From the human T2T-CHM13v2.0 reference genome, Homo sapiens: DNA of 64,000 nucleotides. Positions 1 to 14,567 of the stretch are shown piece after piece; within the stretch, counting starts at the first letter, position 1, and each line of letters starts with the position of its first letter. Position numbers and translations under genes: made by a program. The stretch lies in assembly GCF_009914755.1 (NCBI RefSeq), contig NC_060940.1. The stretch is one strand, 5' to 3'. The notes under the pieces are model-generated. The model was not told where the DNA came from and did not search any database. It saw nothing but the letters and a program-made list of their open reading frames with translations.

Positions 1-863
1 TCCGTTCATTGACAATTTGATTCCATTCGATGATGATTCCATTTGAGTTCATTCGATGATTCTATTCGATTCTCTTCGATGGTGATTCAATTCTATTATA
101 TTGGATGATTCCATTCGATTCCATTTGATGTTGATTCAATTCGATTCTATTCGATGATGATTCCATTGGATTTCACTTGATGATTCTATTCGATTCCATT
201 CAATGATGATTCACTTCTCGTCCATTGGATGATTCCATTTCATTCCATTCGATGATGATTCCATTCGATTCCATTCGATGATTCCATTTGATTCCATGCG
301 ACGGTGAGCAATTCGATTCAATTCCATGATGATTCTATTTGATTCAATTAGATGATGTTTCCATTCGAATCCATTCCATGATTATTCCATTGGAATCCAT
401 TTGGCGATGATTCCATATGAGTCAATTCAATGATGATTCCATATGGGTCCGTTCGATGATAATTCCATTTGATTTCATTCGATGCTTCTATTCAATTCCA
501 GTTGATGATGATTCCGTTGGAGTCCATACGATGATTCCATTTGATTTCATTTGATGATGATTCCATTCGATGATGATTACATTGGATTCCATTCTATGAT
601 TCCATTCAATTCCATTCGTTGATGATTCGATTCCATTCAATGATGATTCAATTTGAGTTCATTCGATGATTCTATTCAATTCCGTTCGATGGTGATTCAA
701 TTCTATTATATTGGATGATTCCACTCGATTCCATTTGATGATTATTCCATTGGAGTCCACTTAGTGAATCCTTTAGATTCTACTCGAAGATGATTCCATT
801 CGAGTCCATTCAATGATACCATTCAATTTCATTCGGTGATGCTTCCATTCAGGTGCATTCGAT

Positions 864-3800
864 GATATCATTCGATTCCATTTGATGATAATTCCATTTG
901 ATTCCATGCGATGATTCTATTCGATTCCATTCAATGATAATTCCATTCAATTCAGTGATTACTCTGGACTCCATTTGATGATGATTCCATTCAATGATTC
1001 CATTCGATTCTATTCCAAAATGATTCCATTTGAATCCATTTGATGATGATTCCATTAGATTCCATTTGATGATTCCATTCGATTCCATTTGACGATGATT
1101 CCATTCGATTCCATTTGATGATTCCATTCTATTCTATTCGATGATGATTCCATTCCATTCCATTCGATGATGATTGGATTCGATACCATTTGATGATTTC
1201 ATTTGATTCCATTCTTTAATGATTTCGATCAACTCCATTCGATGATTCCATTTGATTCCATTCGATAATGATTACATCCCAGTCCATTCGATGATTCCAT
1301 TTGAGCCCGTTCGATAATTCCATTTGAGTTCAATCAATGATTCCATTCATTTCCATTCAATGATTCCATTCGAGTCCATTTGATCATTCTGGTAGGGTCC
1401 GTTCGATGTTGATTCCATTGGAGTGCATTCGATGATTCCATTCGAGTCCATTTTATGATTTGATTCGAGTCCTTTCGATGATTCCATTCGATTCCACTCG
1501 ATGATGATTTCATTCGAGTCCATTCGACACTTCCAATCGATTCCATTTGATGTTTCCATTCGAGTCCAATTGATGATTCCATTCAATTCCATTCGATGAT
1601 GATTCCGTACGATTCCATTCTGTGATGATTCCATGTGATTGCATTCCATGATGATTCCTTTCGATTGCATTCGATTATGATTCATTTCGTGTTCATTCTA
1701 TGGTTCCACAGGTTTCCATTCGATGACGTTTCCGTTCGTGTCCATTCCATTATTCCATTCTATTTCATTTGATGATGATTCCATTCGATTCCATTCATTG
1801 GTGATTCCACTCAATTCCATTCAATGATTCCATTCCATTTCTTTCAACAATGATTCCATTAGTTTCTATTCGATGATCCACTTGATTCCATTTGGCGATG
1901 ATTCCATTCTTGTCCATTCGATGATTCCATTTGATTCCATATGATGATGATACCATTCGATTCCATACCAAGATGATTCCATTCGAGTCCATTCAATGGT
2001 GATTCCATTCAATTCCATTCGATAATTCCTTCCGATTCCATTAGATGATGATGGCATTCGATTCCTTTCAATCATTCCCTTTGATTCCATTCAAAGGTGA
2101 TTTCATTCAAGTCCATTCGATAATTGCATTCGATTCCATTCTATGATGATTCCATTCGAGTCCATTTGATGATTCCATTCAATTCAAGTCAATGATGATT
2201 CCATTCGATTCCACTCGATGATTCCATTGGATTCCATTCGATGATGATTCCATTCAAATCCATTCGATAATTCAATTCAAGTCCATTCGATGATGATTCC
2301 AATCGAATCCATTCAAAGATTCCATTCAATTCCATTCGATGATGATTCCCTTAGATTCCATTCGATGATTCCACTTGATTCCATTTACGATGATTCCATT
2401 CGATTCCATGTGATGAATCCATTCAATTCTATTCAATGATGTTTCCATTTGATTCCATTGGACCATGATTGCCTTTGATTCCATTCAATGATTCCATTCG
2501 GTTCCATTTGATGATGATTCCGTTCGATTCCATTTGATGATTCCATTTGATTCCATTGGATGAGTCCATTCGATTACATTCGATGATTATTCCATTCGAG
2601 TGCATTAGATGATTGCATTCGAGTCCATTCGATGATTCCATTCGATTCCATTCGATGTTGATTCTGTTCAAATCCATTCGATGATTCCACTCGATTCCAT
2701 TCGATGACTCCATTTGATCCCATTCGATGATTTCCTGTGATTCCCTTTGATGATCATTCTATTTGATTCAATTCGGTGATTTCATTTCATTCCATTCAGT
2801 GATGTTTCCATTCGACTCTATTCGATGATGATTCCATTCGACTCCATTCGATTATGATTTCATTCAATTCCATTCAATAATGATTCCCTTCGAGTCCATT
2901 CGATGATTCCATTCGATTCCATTCAACGATGATTTGATTCGTTTCCATTCGATGATTCCATTTGATTCCACTTGATGATGATTCCATTCGAGTCCATTTG
3001 ATGATTCCATTCGAGTCTATTTATGTATTATATTCGTGTCCACTTCATGATTCCATTCAATTCCATTTAATGTTGATTCCATTTGATTCCATTTGATGAT
3101 TCAGTTCGATTCCTTGCAATGATTCCCTACGATTCCTTTCTCTGATGATTCCATTCGATTCCATTCATTGATGATTTCATTCGACTCCATTCGATGATGA
3201 TTCCTTACGATTCCATTTGACGATGTTTCCATTCGAGTCCATTCGATGATGATTCTATTCAATTCTGTTCTATTATGATTCCATTCGATTTCATTCAATG
3301 CTTCTATTTGATTCCATTCGATGATGATTCCATCTCTTACCCTTCGATGATTCCATTTGATTCCATTCAGTGATGATTCCTTTTGATTCCATCTGATGAT
3401 GATTTCACTTGATTCCTTTCAATGATGATTCAATTCAAGTCCACTCGATGATTCCATTGGAGTCCAAACGATCATTCCGTTCGATTCCATTCAATGGTGA
3501 TTCCATTCATGTCCATTCGATGAATCCATTCAATTCCATTCGATGATGACTCCATTCGAGTACATTCGATGATTCCATTTGAGTCCATTTGAAGATGATT
3601 CCATTCAATTCCATTCGAAGATGATTCCATTCAATTCCATTCGATGATGATTCCGTATGAATCCATTCTCTGATTATTCCATTCGATTCCATTCATTGAC
3701 GATTCCATTCAATTCCATTCAATGATGATTCTCTTCTATTCCATTCGATGATTCCGGTCGATTCCATTCGATGATGATTCCATTAGATTCCATTCGATTG

Positions 3801-4993
3801 TTGCATTCGATTCCCTTCGATGATGATTCCTTTGAATTCCATTCGATTATCATTCCGTATGAATCCATTTGATGATTATTCCATTGGATTCCTTTCGATG
3901 ATGATTCCATTCGATTCCATTTGATGATGTTTCTCTTGTATTCCATTGGATAATTCCTTTCAGTTCCCTTCGATGATTATTCTTTCGAGTCAATTCGATG
4001 ATTCTATTCCATTCCCTTCGATGATGATTCCATTTCACTCCATTTGATGATTCCATTCGACTCAATTTGGTGATGATTCAATTCGATGACATTCGATGAC
4101 TCCATTCAATTTCATTTGATGATGATTACATTCGAGTCCATTTGATGATTGTATTCCTTTCCTTTTGATGATTATTCCATTCGTGTCTATTCAAAGGTTC
4201 CATTCTATTCCATTCAATGATGATTGCATTTGATTCCATTCAATGATTATGGCTATCGATTCCACTCGTTGATTCCATTTGATTCCGTTCGATGATTATT
4301 CCGTTAGATTCCATTAGAAGATTCCATTCTATTTTATTCAATGATTCCAATGGATTCCATTCAATGATGATTCCATTCGACTCCATTCAGTGATTCCATT
4401 CGAGTCCATTTGATGATTCCATTCTTTTCCATTTGATGATGATTCCATTAGGGTCCATTCAATGATTCCATTCGAGTCCATTCGTTAATGCCTTTCGAGT
4501 CCTTTTGATCACTACATTCGAGTCCATTCAATGATTCTATTCGATTCCATTCCATGATGATTCCATTCGAGTTCATTCGATGATTGCATTCGAGTCCATT
4601 TGATGATTCCATATGATTCCCTTCGACAATGATTCCATTCGTGTCCATTTGATGATTCCATTCATTTCCTATCGATGAAGATTCCATTCAAGTGTATTCG
4701 ATGATTCCATTCAAATCCATTCGATGATGATTCCATTCCAGTCCATTCGATCATTCCACTTGATTCCATTTGATGACTATTCCATTCAAATCCATTTGAT
4801 GATTCCATTCTATTCCATTCGATGTTACCATTCGAGTATATACGATGATTCCACTCGATTCCATTTGATGATTATTCCATTGGAGTCCACTTAGTGAATC
4901 CTTTAGATTCTACTGGAAGATGATTCCATTCGAGTCCATTCGATGATACCATTCAATTCCATTCGTTGATGCTTCCATTCAAGTGCATTCGAT
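864..4993 (+). repeat. Variant HOR unit, 4,130 bp, carrying an alternative ~1.83 kb module
   Basis: Marker GATATC at 864 and 4994. The first ~2.15 kb is colinear with the canonical unit, then diverges at ~3013 and rejoins at ~4845 (gatgattccactcgattccatttgatgattattccattggagtccacttagtg). Confidence 0.92.
3013..4844 (+). repeat. Alternative diverged HSATII module, copy 1 (not in the 6,112-bp unit)
   Basis: Distinct k-mers (gagtctatttatgtattatattcg, ggagtccaaacgatc, attatggctatcg, cgttaatgcctttcg) are not seen in core units. ORFs 3101, 3507, 3719 and 4448 have counterparts only at 59824, 60230, 60442 and 61171. Confidence 0.9.
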
Positions 4994-7900
4994 GATATCA
5001 TTCGATTCCATTTGATGATAATTCCATTTGATTCCATGCGATGATTCTATTCGATTCCATTCAATGATAATTCCATTCAATTCAGTGATTCCTCTGGACT
5101 CCATTTGATGATGATTCCATTCAATGATTCCATTCGATTCTATTCGAAAATGATTCCATTTGAATCCATTTGATGATGATTCCATTGGATTCCATTTGAT
5201 GATTCCATTCGATTCCATTCGATGATGATTCCATTCGATTCCATTTGATGATTCCATTCTATTGCATTCGATGATGATTCCATTCGATTCCATTCGATGA
5301 TGATTGGATTCGATTCCATTGGATTCCATTCGATAATGATTTCGATCAATTCCATTCGATGATTCCATTCGATTCCATTCGATAATGATTACATCCGAGT
5401 CCATTCGATGATTCCATTTGAGCCCGTTCGATAATTCCATTTGAGTCCAATCAATGATTCCATTCATTTCCATTCAATGATTCCATTCGAGTCCATTTGA
5501 TCATTCCGGTAGGGTCCGTTCGATGTTGATTCCATTGGAGTGCATTCGATGATTCCATTCGAGTCCATTTTAGGATTTGATTCGAGTCCTTTCGATGATT
5601 CCATTCGATTCCACTCGATGATTTCATTCGAGTCCATTCGACACTTCCAATCGATTCCATTTGATGTTTCCATTCGATTCCAATTGATGATTCCATTCAA
5701 TTCCATTCGATGATGATTCCGTACGATTCCATTCTGTGATGATTCCATGTGATTGCAATCAATGATGATTCCTTTCGATTGCATTCGATTATGATTCATT
5801 TCGTGTTCATTCTATGGTTCCACAGGTTTCCATTCGATGATGTTTCCATTCGTTTCCATTCCATTATTAGATTCTATTCCATTTGAAGATGATTCCATTC
5901 GATTCCATTCATTGGTGATTCCACTCAATTCCATTCAATGATTCCATTCCATTTCTTTCAACAATGATTCCATTAGTTTCTATTCGATGATCCACTTGAT
6001 TCCATTTGACGATGATTCCATTCGTGTCCATTCGATGATTCCATTTGATTCCATATGATGATGATTCCATTCGATTCCATACGATGATGATTCCATTCGA
6101 GTCCATTCAATGGTGATTCCATTCGATTCCATTCGATGATTCCATTCTATTCTATTCAATGGTGATTCCATTCGAGTACATTAGATGATTCCATTCGATT
6201 CCATTCAATGATGATTCTATTTGTGTCCCTTAGATGGTTCCACATGATTCCATTTCATGATGATACTATTTGAGCCCATCCAATGATTCCCTTCGATTCC
6301 ATTCGATGAGGATTCCATTCGATTCAATTCATTGGTGATTCTATTCAATTCAATTCTTTGATTCCATTCCATTCCATTCGACAATGATTCCATTCGATTT
6401 CTTTCGATGATTCCACTCGATTCCACTTGACATTGATTCCCTTCGATTCCATTCAATGATTCCATTTGATTCCAGTGGATGATGATTGCCATCGATTCCA
6501 TTCGATCACTCCATTCTATTCCATTTGATGATGATTACATTCGATTCCATTTGACGATTCCATCTGATTCTATTCGAGGATTCCATTTGATTCCATTCGA
6601 TGATGATTCCATTCGAGTCCATTCGATGATTTCATTCGAGTACATCCAATGATTCCATTCGAGTCCATTTGATGATTCCATTTGATTCCATTTGATAATG
6701 ATTCTACTAGAGTCCATTCAATGACTCCATTGGAGTCCATTCAACAATTCCATTCGACTCCATTTGATGATTCCATTCGATTCCATTTGATGATTCCATT
6801 CGAGTCCATTTAATCATTACAGTCGAGTCCATTTGGTGATTCCACCGGATTTCTTTTGATAATGATACCATTCAATTACATTTGATGATGATCCCATTCA
6901 ATTTCATTTGATGGTGATTCCATTAGAGTCCATTCGATGATTCCACTCGATTCCATTAGATGATTCCATTGGAGTCCATTTGATTGTTCCATTCAATTCC
7001 ATTCGATTCCTTTCGAAGATTATTCCATTTGAGTCCATTCGATGATGATTCCATTCCATTCCATTCGATGATTCCGTTTGATTCCATTCGATGATTCCCT
7101 TCGATTCCTTTCTTTGATGATTCCATTCCATTCCATTCAATGATGCCATTCGAATCTATTCCATGATGATTCCTTTCGATTCCATTCGCTGATGTTTCCG
7201 TTCAATTCCATTCGATGATGATTCCATTCGATTCCATTCATTGAGGATTCCATTTGATTCCATTCAATGATGATTCCATTCTATTCCATTCAATGATTGC
7301 ATTCAATTCCATTCAATGATTATCCCATTAGAGTAAACTCAACGATTCCATTCAATACCATTCGATGATGATTCCTTTTGAGTCCATTCAATGATTTCAT
7401 TCAAGTCCATTTGATGATTCCTTTCAATTCCATTCTATGATGATTCCATTCGAGTCCATTCGATGATTCCATTCGATTGCATTCGATGATTCCATTATAT
7501 TCCATTCAACGATGATTCCATTCGAGTCCATTCGATGATTCCATTAGAGTATATTTAATGATTGCTTTGTTTTCAATTCGAAGATGATTACATTGGATTC
7601 CATTCTATGATACCATTCGATTCCATTCAATGATGATTCCACTCAAATCCATTGGATGATTCCATTCGTGTCCATTCGGTGATTTCATTAGATTCCATTC
7701 GAGGATGATTCCATTCGATTCCATTCCATGATTCCATTCAATTCCATTCGATGATGATTCCATTCCAGTCCATATGATCATTCCATTTGATTTCATTCGA
7801 TGATGATTCCATTCGATTCCATTCAATGATTCCATTCTCTTCCATTCGATGATGATTCCATTCGAGTCCATTCGATGATTCCATTCGAGTCCATTTAATG

Positions 7901-8824
7901 ATTCCATTGGGTTCAATTCAATGATGATTACATTGGATTCCGTTCTATGATTCCATTCAATTCCGTTCATTGACAATTTGATTCCATTCGATGATGATTC
8001 CATTTGAGTTCATTCGATGATTCTATTCGATTCTCTTCGATGGTGATTCAATTCTATTATATTGGATGATTCCATTCGATTCCATTTGATGTTGATTCAA
8101 TTCGATTCTATTCGATGATGATTCCATTGGATTTCACTTGATGATTCTATTCGATTCCATTCAATGATGATTCACTTCTCGTCCATTGGATGATTCCATT
8201 TCATTCCATTCGATGATGATTCCATTCGATTCCATTTGATGATTCCATTTGATTCCATGCGTCGGTGAGCAATTCGATTCAATTCCATGATGATTCTATT
8301 TGATTCAATTAGATGATGTTTCCATTCGAATCCATTCCATGATTATTCCATTGGAATCCATTCGGCGATGATTCCATATGAGTCAATTCAATGATGATTC
8401 CATATGGGTCCGTTCGATGATAATTCCATTTGATTTCATTCGGTGCTTCTATTCAATTCCAGTCGATGATGATTCCGTTGGAGTCCATACGATGATTCCA
8501 TTTGATTTCATTTGATGATGATTCCATTCGATGATGATTACATTGGATTCCATTCTATGATTCCATTCAATTCCATTCGTTGATGATTCGATTCCATTCA
8601 ATGATGATTCCATTTGAGTTCATTCGATGATTCTATTCGATTCCGTTCGATGGTGATTCAATTCTCTTACATTGGATGAATCCAGTTGATTCCATTTGAT
8701 GATTATTCCGTTGGAGTCCACTTAGTGAATCCTTCAGATTCTACTCGAAGATGATTCCATTCAAGTCTATTCGATGATACCATTCAATTCCATTCGTTGA
8801 TGCTTCCATTCAAGTGCATTTGAT
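4994..8824 (+). repeat. Truncated HOR unit, 3,831 bp (2,209-bp and 72-bp gaps relative to canonical)
   Basis: Offset to the canonical unit goes from 9574 (5909 vs 15483) to 11783 (6535 vs 18318) to 11855 (7605 vs 19460); 6112-2209-72=3831. Junctions at ~6125 and ~6935. Confidence 0.9.
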
Positions 8825-11800
8825 GATATCATTCGATTCCATTTGATGATAATTCCATTTGATTCCATGCGATGATTCTATTCGATTCCATTCAATGATA
8901 ATTCCATTCAGTTCAGTGATTCCTCTGGACTCCATTTGATGATGATTCCATTCAATGATTCCATTCGATTCTATTCGAAAATGATTCCATTTGAATCCAT
9001 TTGATGATGATTCCATTAGATTCCATTTGATGATTCCATTCGATTCCATGCGACGATGATTCCATTCGATTCCATGTGATGATTCCATTCTATTCTATTC
9101 GATGATGATTCCATTCGATTCCATTCGATGATGATTGGATTCGATTCCATTTGATGATTTCATTTGATTCCATTCGATGATGATTTCGATCAATTCCATT
9201 TGATGATTCCATTCGATTCCATTCGATAATGATTACATCCGAGTCCATTCGATGACTCCATTTGAGCCTGTTCGATAATTCCATTTGAGTCCAATCAATG
9301 ATTCCATTCATTTCCATTCAATGATTCCATTCGAGTGCATTTGATCATTCCGGTAGGGTCCGTTCGATGTTGATTCCATTGGAGTGCATTCGATGATTCC
9401 ATTCGAGTCCATTTTAGGATTTGATTCGAGTCCTTTCGATGATTCCATTCGATTCCACTCGATGCGATGATGATTTCATTCGAGTCCATTCGACACTTCC
9501 AATCGATTCCATTTGATGTTTCCATTCGAGTCCAATTGATGATTCCATTCAATTCCATTCGATGATGATTCCGTACGATTCCATTCTGTGATGATTCCAT
9601 GTGATTGCATTCAATGATGATTCCTTTCGATTGCATTCGATTATGATTCATTTCGTGATCATTCTATGGTTCCACAGGTTTCCATTCGTGTCCATTGCAT
9701 TATTCCATTCTATTCCATTTGATGATGATTCCATTCGATTCCATTCATTGGTGATTCCACTCAATTCCATTCAATGATTCCATTCCATTTCTTTCAACAA
9801 TGATTCCATTAGTTTCTAATCGATGATCCACTTGATTCCATTTGACGATGATTCCATTCTTGTCCATTCGATGATTCCATTTGATTCCATATGATGATGA
9901 TTCCATTCGATTCCATACCATGATGATTCCATTCGAGTCCATTCAATGGTGATTCCATTCAATTCCATTCGATGATTCCTTTCGATTCCATTCGATGATG
10001 ATGGCATTCGATTCCTTTCAATCATTCCCTTTGATTCCACTCAAAGGTGATTTCATTCAAGTCCATTCGATAATTGCATTCGATTCCATTCTATGATGAT
10101 TCCATTGGAGTCCATTTGATGATTCCATTCAATTCAAGTCAATGATGATTCCATTCGATTCCATTCGATGATTCCATTGGATTCCATTCGATGATGATTC
10201 CATTCAAATCCATTCGATAATTCAATTCAAGTCCATTCGATGATGATTCCAATCGAATCCATTCAAAGATTCCATTCAGTTCCATTCGATGATTCCCTTA
10301 GATTCCATTAGATGATTCCACTTGATTCCATTTACGATGATTCCATTCGATTCCATGTGATGATTCCATTCAATTCTATTCAATGATGTTTCCATTTGAT
10401 TCCATTCGACCATGATTGCCTTTGATTCCATTCAATGATTCCATTCGGTTCCGTTTGATGATGATTCCGTTCGATTCCATTTGATGATTCCATTTGATTC
10501 CATTGGATGAGTCCATTCGATTACATTCGATGATTATTCCATTCGAGTGCATTAGATGATTCCATTCGAGTCCATTCGATGATTCCATTCGATTCCATTC
10601 GATGTTGATTCTGTTCAAATCCATTCGATGATTCCACTCGATTCCATTCGTTGACTCCATTTGATCCCATTCGATGATTTCCTTTGATTCCCTTTGATGA
10701 TCATTCCATTTGATTCAATTCGGTGATTTCATTTGATTCCATTCAGTGATGTTTCCATTCGACTCCATTCGATGATGATTCCATTCGACTCCATTCGATT
10801 ATGATTTCACTAAATTCCATTCAATAATGATTCCCTTCGAGTCCATTCGATGATTCCATTCGATTCCATTCAACGATGATTTGATTCGTGTCCATTCGAT
10901 GATTCCATTTGATTCCACTTGATGATGATTCCATTCGAGTCCATTTGATGATTCCATTCAATTCCATACTCCGATGATTTCTTTTGAGCCCACTCAATGC
11001 TTCCACTCGATTCCATATGATGATGACTCCATTCGATGAAATTCGATGATGATTCCATTCGCTTGCTTTCGATGATGATTCCACTTGAGTCCGTTAGAAG
11101 ATTCTATTCAATTACATTCCATGACGATTCCGTTCGAGTCCATTTGATGATTCCATTAGACTCCATTCGACGATGATTCCATTCGATGTTATTCGATGAT
11201 TCCATTCGATCTCATTCGATGATGATTCCATTCAACTCCATTCGATGTTTCCATTCGAGTTCATTCTATTATTCCATTAGATTCCATTCGATGATGATTC
11301 CATTCGATTCCATTTGATGATTGCATTCTATTTCATTTGATGATGATTCCATTCGAGTCCACTCGATGATTCCATTCGAGTCCATTTAATGAATCCATTG
11401 GTTTCAATTCTATGATGATTACATTGGATTCCATTCGTTGATGATTTCATTCGGTTCCATTCCATGATGATTCCATTCCTTTCCATTCAATGATTCCATT
11501 CGATTCCGTTTGATGATGATTTCATTCGAGTCCATTTGATGATTCCATTTGATTCCATTCGATGATGATTCCATTCGAGTCCATTCGATGATTCTATTCG
11601 AATCCATTTGATGATTTCTTTTGATTATATTTGGTGATGATTCCATTGGAGTCCATTCAATGATTCCATTCTATTCCAATCGATGATGATTCCATTAGAG
11701 TCCATTTAATGATTCCATTTGATTCCAGTCTCTGATGATTACATTCGAGTCCATACGATGATTCCACTCAATTCCATATGATGATGATTCCATTTGATTC

Positions 11801-14567
11801 CATTCGGTGATTCCGTTCTATTCTATTCAATGGTGATTCCATTCGAGTACATTAGATGATTCCATTCGATTCCATTCAATGATGATTCTATTTGTGTCCC
11901 TTAGATGATTCCACATGATTCCATTAGATGATGATACTATTTGAGCCCAACCAATGATTCCCTTCGATTCCATTCGATGAGGATTCCATTCGATTCAATT
12001 CATTGGTGATTCTATTCAATTCAATTCTTTGATTCCATTCCATTCCATTCGACAATGATTCCATTCGATTTCTTTCGATGATTCCACTCGATTCCACTTG
12101 ACATTGATTCCATTCGATTCCATTCAATGATTCCATTTGATTCCAGTGGATGATGATTGCCATCGATTCCATTCGATCACTCCATTCTATTCCATTTGAT
12201 GGTGATTACATTCGATTCCATTTGATGATTCCATCTGATTCTATTCGAGGATTCCATTTGATTCCATTCGATGATGATTCCATTCGAGTCCATTCGATGA
12301 TTTCATTCGAGTACATCCAATGATTCCATTCGAGTCCATTAGATGATTCCATTTGATTCCATTTGAAAATGATTCTACTAGAGTCCATTCAATGACTCCA
12401 TTCGAGTCCATTCAACAATTCCATTCGACTCCATTCGATGATTCCATTCGATTCCATTTGATGGTTCCATTCGAGTCCATTTAATCATTACAGTCGAGTC
12501 CATTTGGTGATTCCACTGGATTTCTTTTGATAATGATACCATTCAATTACATCTGATGATGATCCCATTCAATTTCATTTGATGATGATTCCATTAGAGT
12601 CCATTCGATGATTTCATTCGAGTCCCTTCATTGATTCCATCCGATTTCATTGGATGATGACTCCATTCGAGTCCATTCGATGATTCCACTCGATTCCATT
12701 AGATGACTCCATTGGAGTCCATTTGATTGTTCCATTCGATTCCATTCGATTCCTTTCGAAGATTATTCCATTTGAGTCCATTCGATGATGATTCCATTCC
12801 ATTCCATTCGATGATTCCGTTTGATTCCATTCGATGATTCCCTTCGATTCCTTTCTTTGATGATTCCATTCCATTCCATTCAATGATTCCATTCGAATCT
12901 ATTCCATGATGATTCCTTTCGATTCCATTCGCTGATGTTTCCGTTCAATTCCATTCGATGATGATTCCATTCGATTCCATTCATTGAGGATTCCATTTGA
13001 TTCCATTCAATGATGATTCCATTCTATTCCATTCAATGATTGCATTCAATTCCATTCAATGATTATCCCATTAGAGTAAACTCAACGATTCCATTCAATA
13101 TCATTCGATGATGATTCCTTTTGAGTCCATTCAATGATTTCATTCAAGTCCATTTGATGATTCCTTTCAATTCCATTCTATGATGATTCCATTCGAGTCC
13201 ATTCGATGATTCCATTCGATTGCATTCGATGATTCCATTATATTCCATTCAACGATGATTCCATTCGAGTCCATTCCATGATTCCATTAGAGTACATTTA
13301 ATGATTGCTTTGTTTTCAATTCGAAGATGATTACATTGGATTCCATTCTATGATACCATTCGATTCCATTCAATGATGATTCCACTCAAATCCATTGGAT
13401 GATTCCATTCGTGTCCATTCGGTGATTTCATTAGATTCCATTCGAGGATGATTCCATTCGATTCCATTCGATGATTCCATTCAATTCCATTCGATGATGA
13501 TTCCATTCCAGTCCATATGATCATTCCATTTGATTTCATTCGATGATGATTCCATTCGATTCCATTCGACGATTCCATTCTATTCCATTCAATGATGATT
13601 CCATTCGAGTCCATTCGATGATTCCATTCGAGTCCATTTAATGATTCCATTGGGTTCAATTCAATGATGATTACATTGGATTCCGTTCTATGATTCCATT
13701 CAATTCCGTTCATTGACAATTTGATTCCATTCGATGATGATTCCATTTGAGTTCATTCTATGATTCTATTCGATTCTCTTCGATGGTGATTCAATTCTAT
13801 TATATTGGATGATTCCATTCGATTCCATTTGATGTTGATTCAATTCGATTCTATTCGATGATGATTCCATTGGATTTCACTTGATGATTCTATTCGATTC
13901 CATTCAATGATGATTCACTTCTCGTCCATTGGATGATTCCATTTCATTCCATTCGATGATGATTCCTTTCGATTCCATTCGATGATTCCATTTGATTCCA
14001 TGCGACGGTGAGCAATTCGATTCAATTCCATGATGATTCTATTTGATTCAATTAGATGATGTTTCCATTCGAATCCATTCCATGATTATTCCATTGGAAT
14101 CCATTCGGCGATGATTCCATATGAGTCAATTCAATGATGATTCCATATGGGTCCGTTCGATGATAATTCCATTTGATTTCATTCGATGCTTCTATTCTAT
14201 TCCAGTCGATGATGATTCCGTTGGAGTCCATACGATGATTCCATTTGATTTCATTTCATGATGATTCCATTCGATGATGATTACATTGGATTCCATTCTA
14301 TGATTCCATTCAATTCCATTCGTTGATGATTCGATTCCATTCAATGATGATTCCATTTGAGTTCATTCGATGATTCTATTCGATTCCGTTCGATGGTGAT
14401 TCAATTCTATTATATTGGATGATTCCACTCGATTCCATTTGATGATTATTCCATTGGAGTCCACTTAGTGAATCCTTTAGATTCTACACGACGATGATTC
14501 CATTCGAGTCCATTCGATGATACCATTCAATTCCATTCGTTGATGCTTCCATTCAAGTGCATTCGAT
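8825..14567 (+). repeat. HOR unit of 5,743 bp (374-bp deletion at ~11460, 5-bp insertion at ~9463)
   Basis: Offset to the next unit is 5738 at 9745 vs 15483 and 6112 at 11924 vs 18036; 6112-374+5=5743. Confidence 0.9.

Noticed and set aside
1168-1185. DUX4-like site (tgattggattcg, about once per unit) and scattered TEAD-like CATTCC
   Set aside because: Imperfect match to TAAYYYAATCA. HSATII is known to be DUX4-inducible, but specific sites cannot be supported without a PWM scan or ChIP data.
3013-4844. Transposon or foreign DNA insertion
   Set aside because: The segment is still CATTC-based satellite, with no target-site duplication, poly-A tail, LTR/TIR or Alu/L1 similarity.
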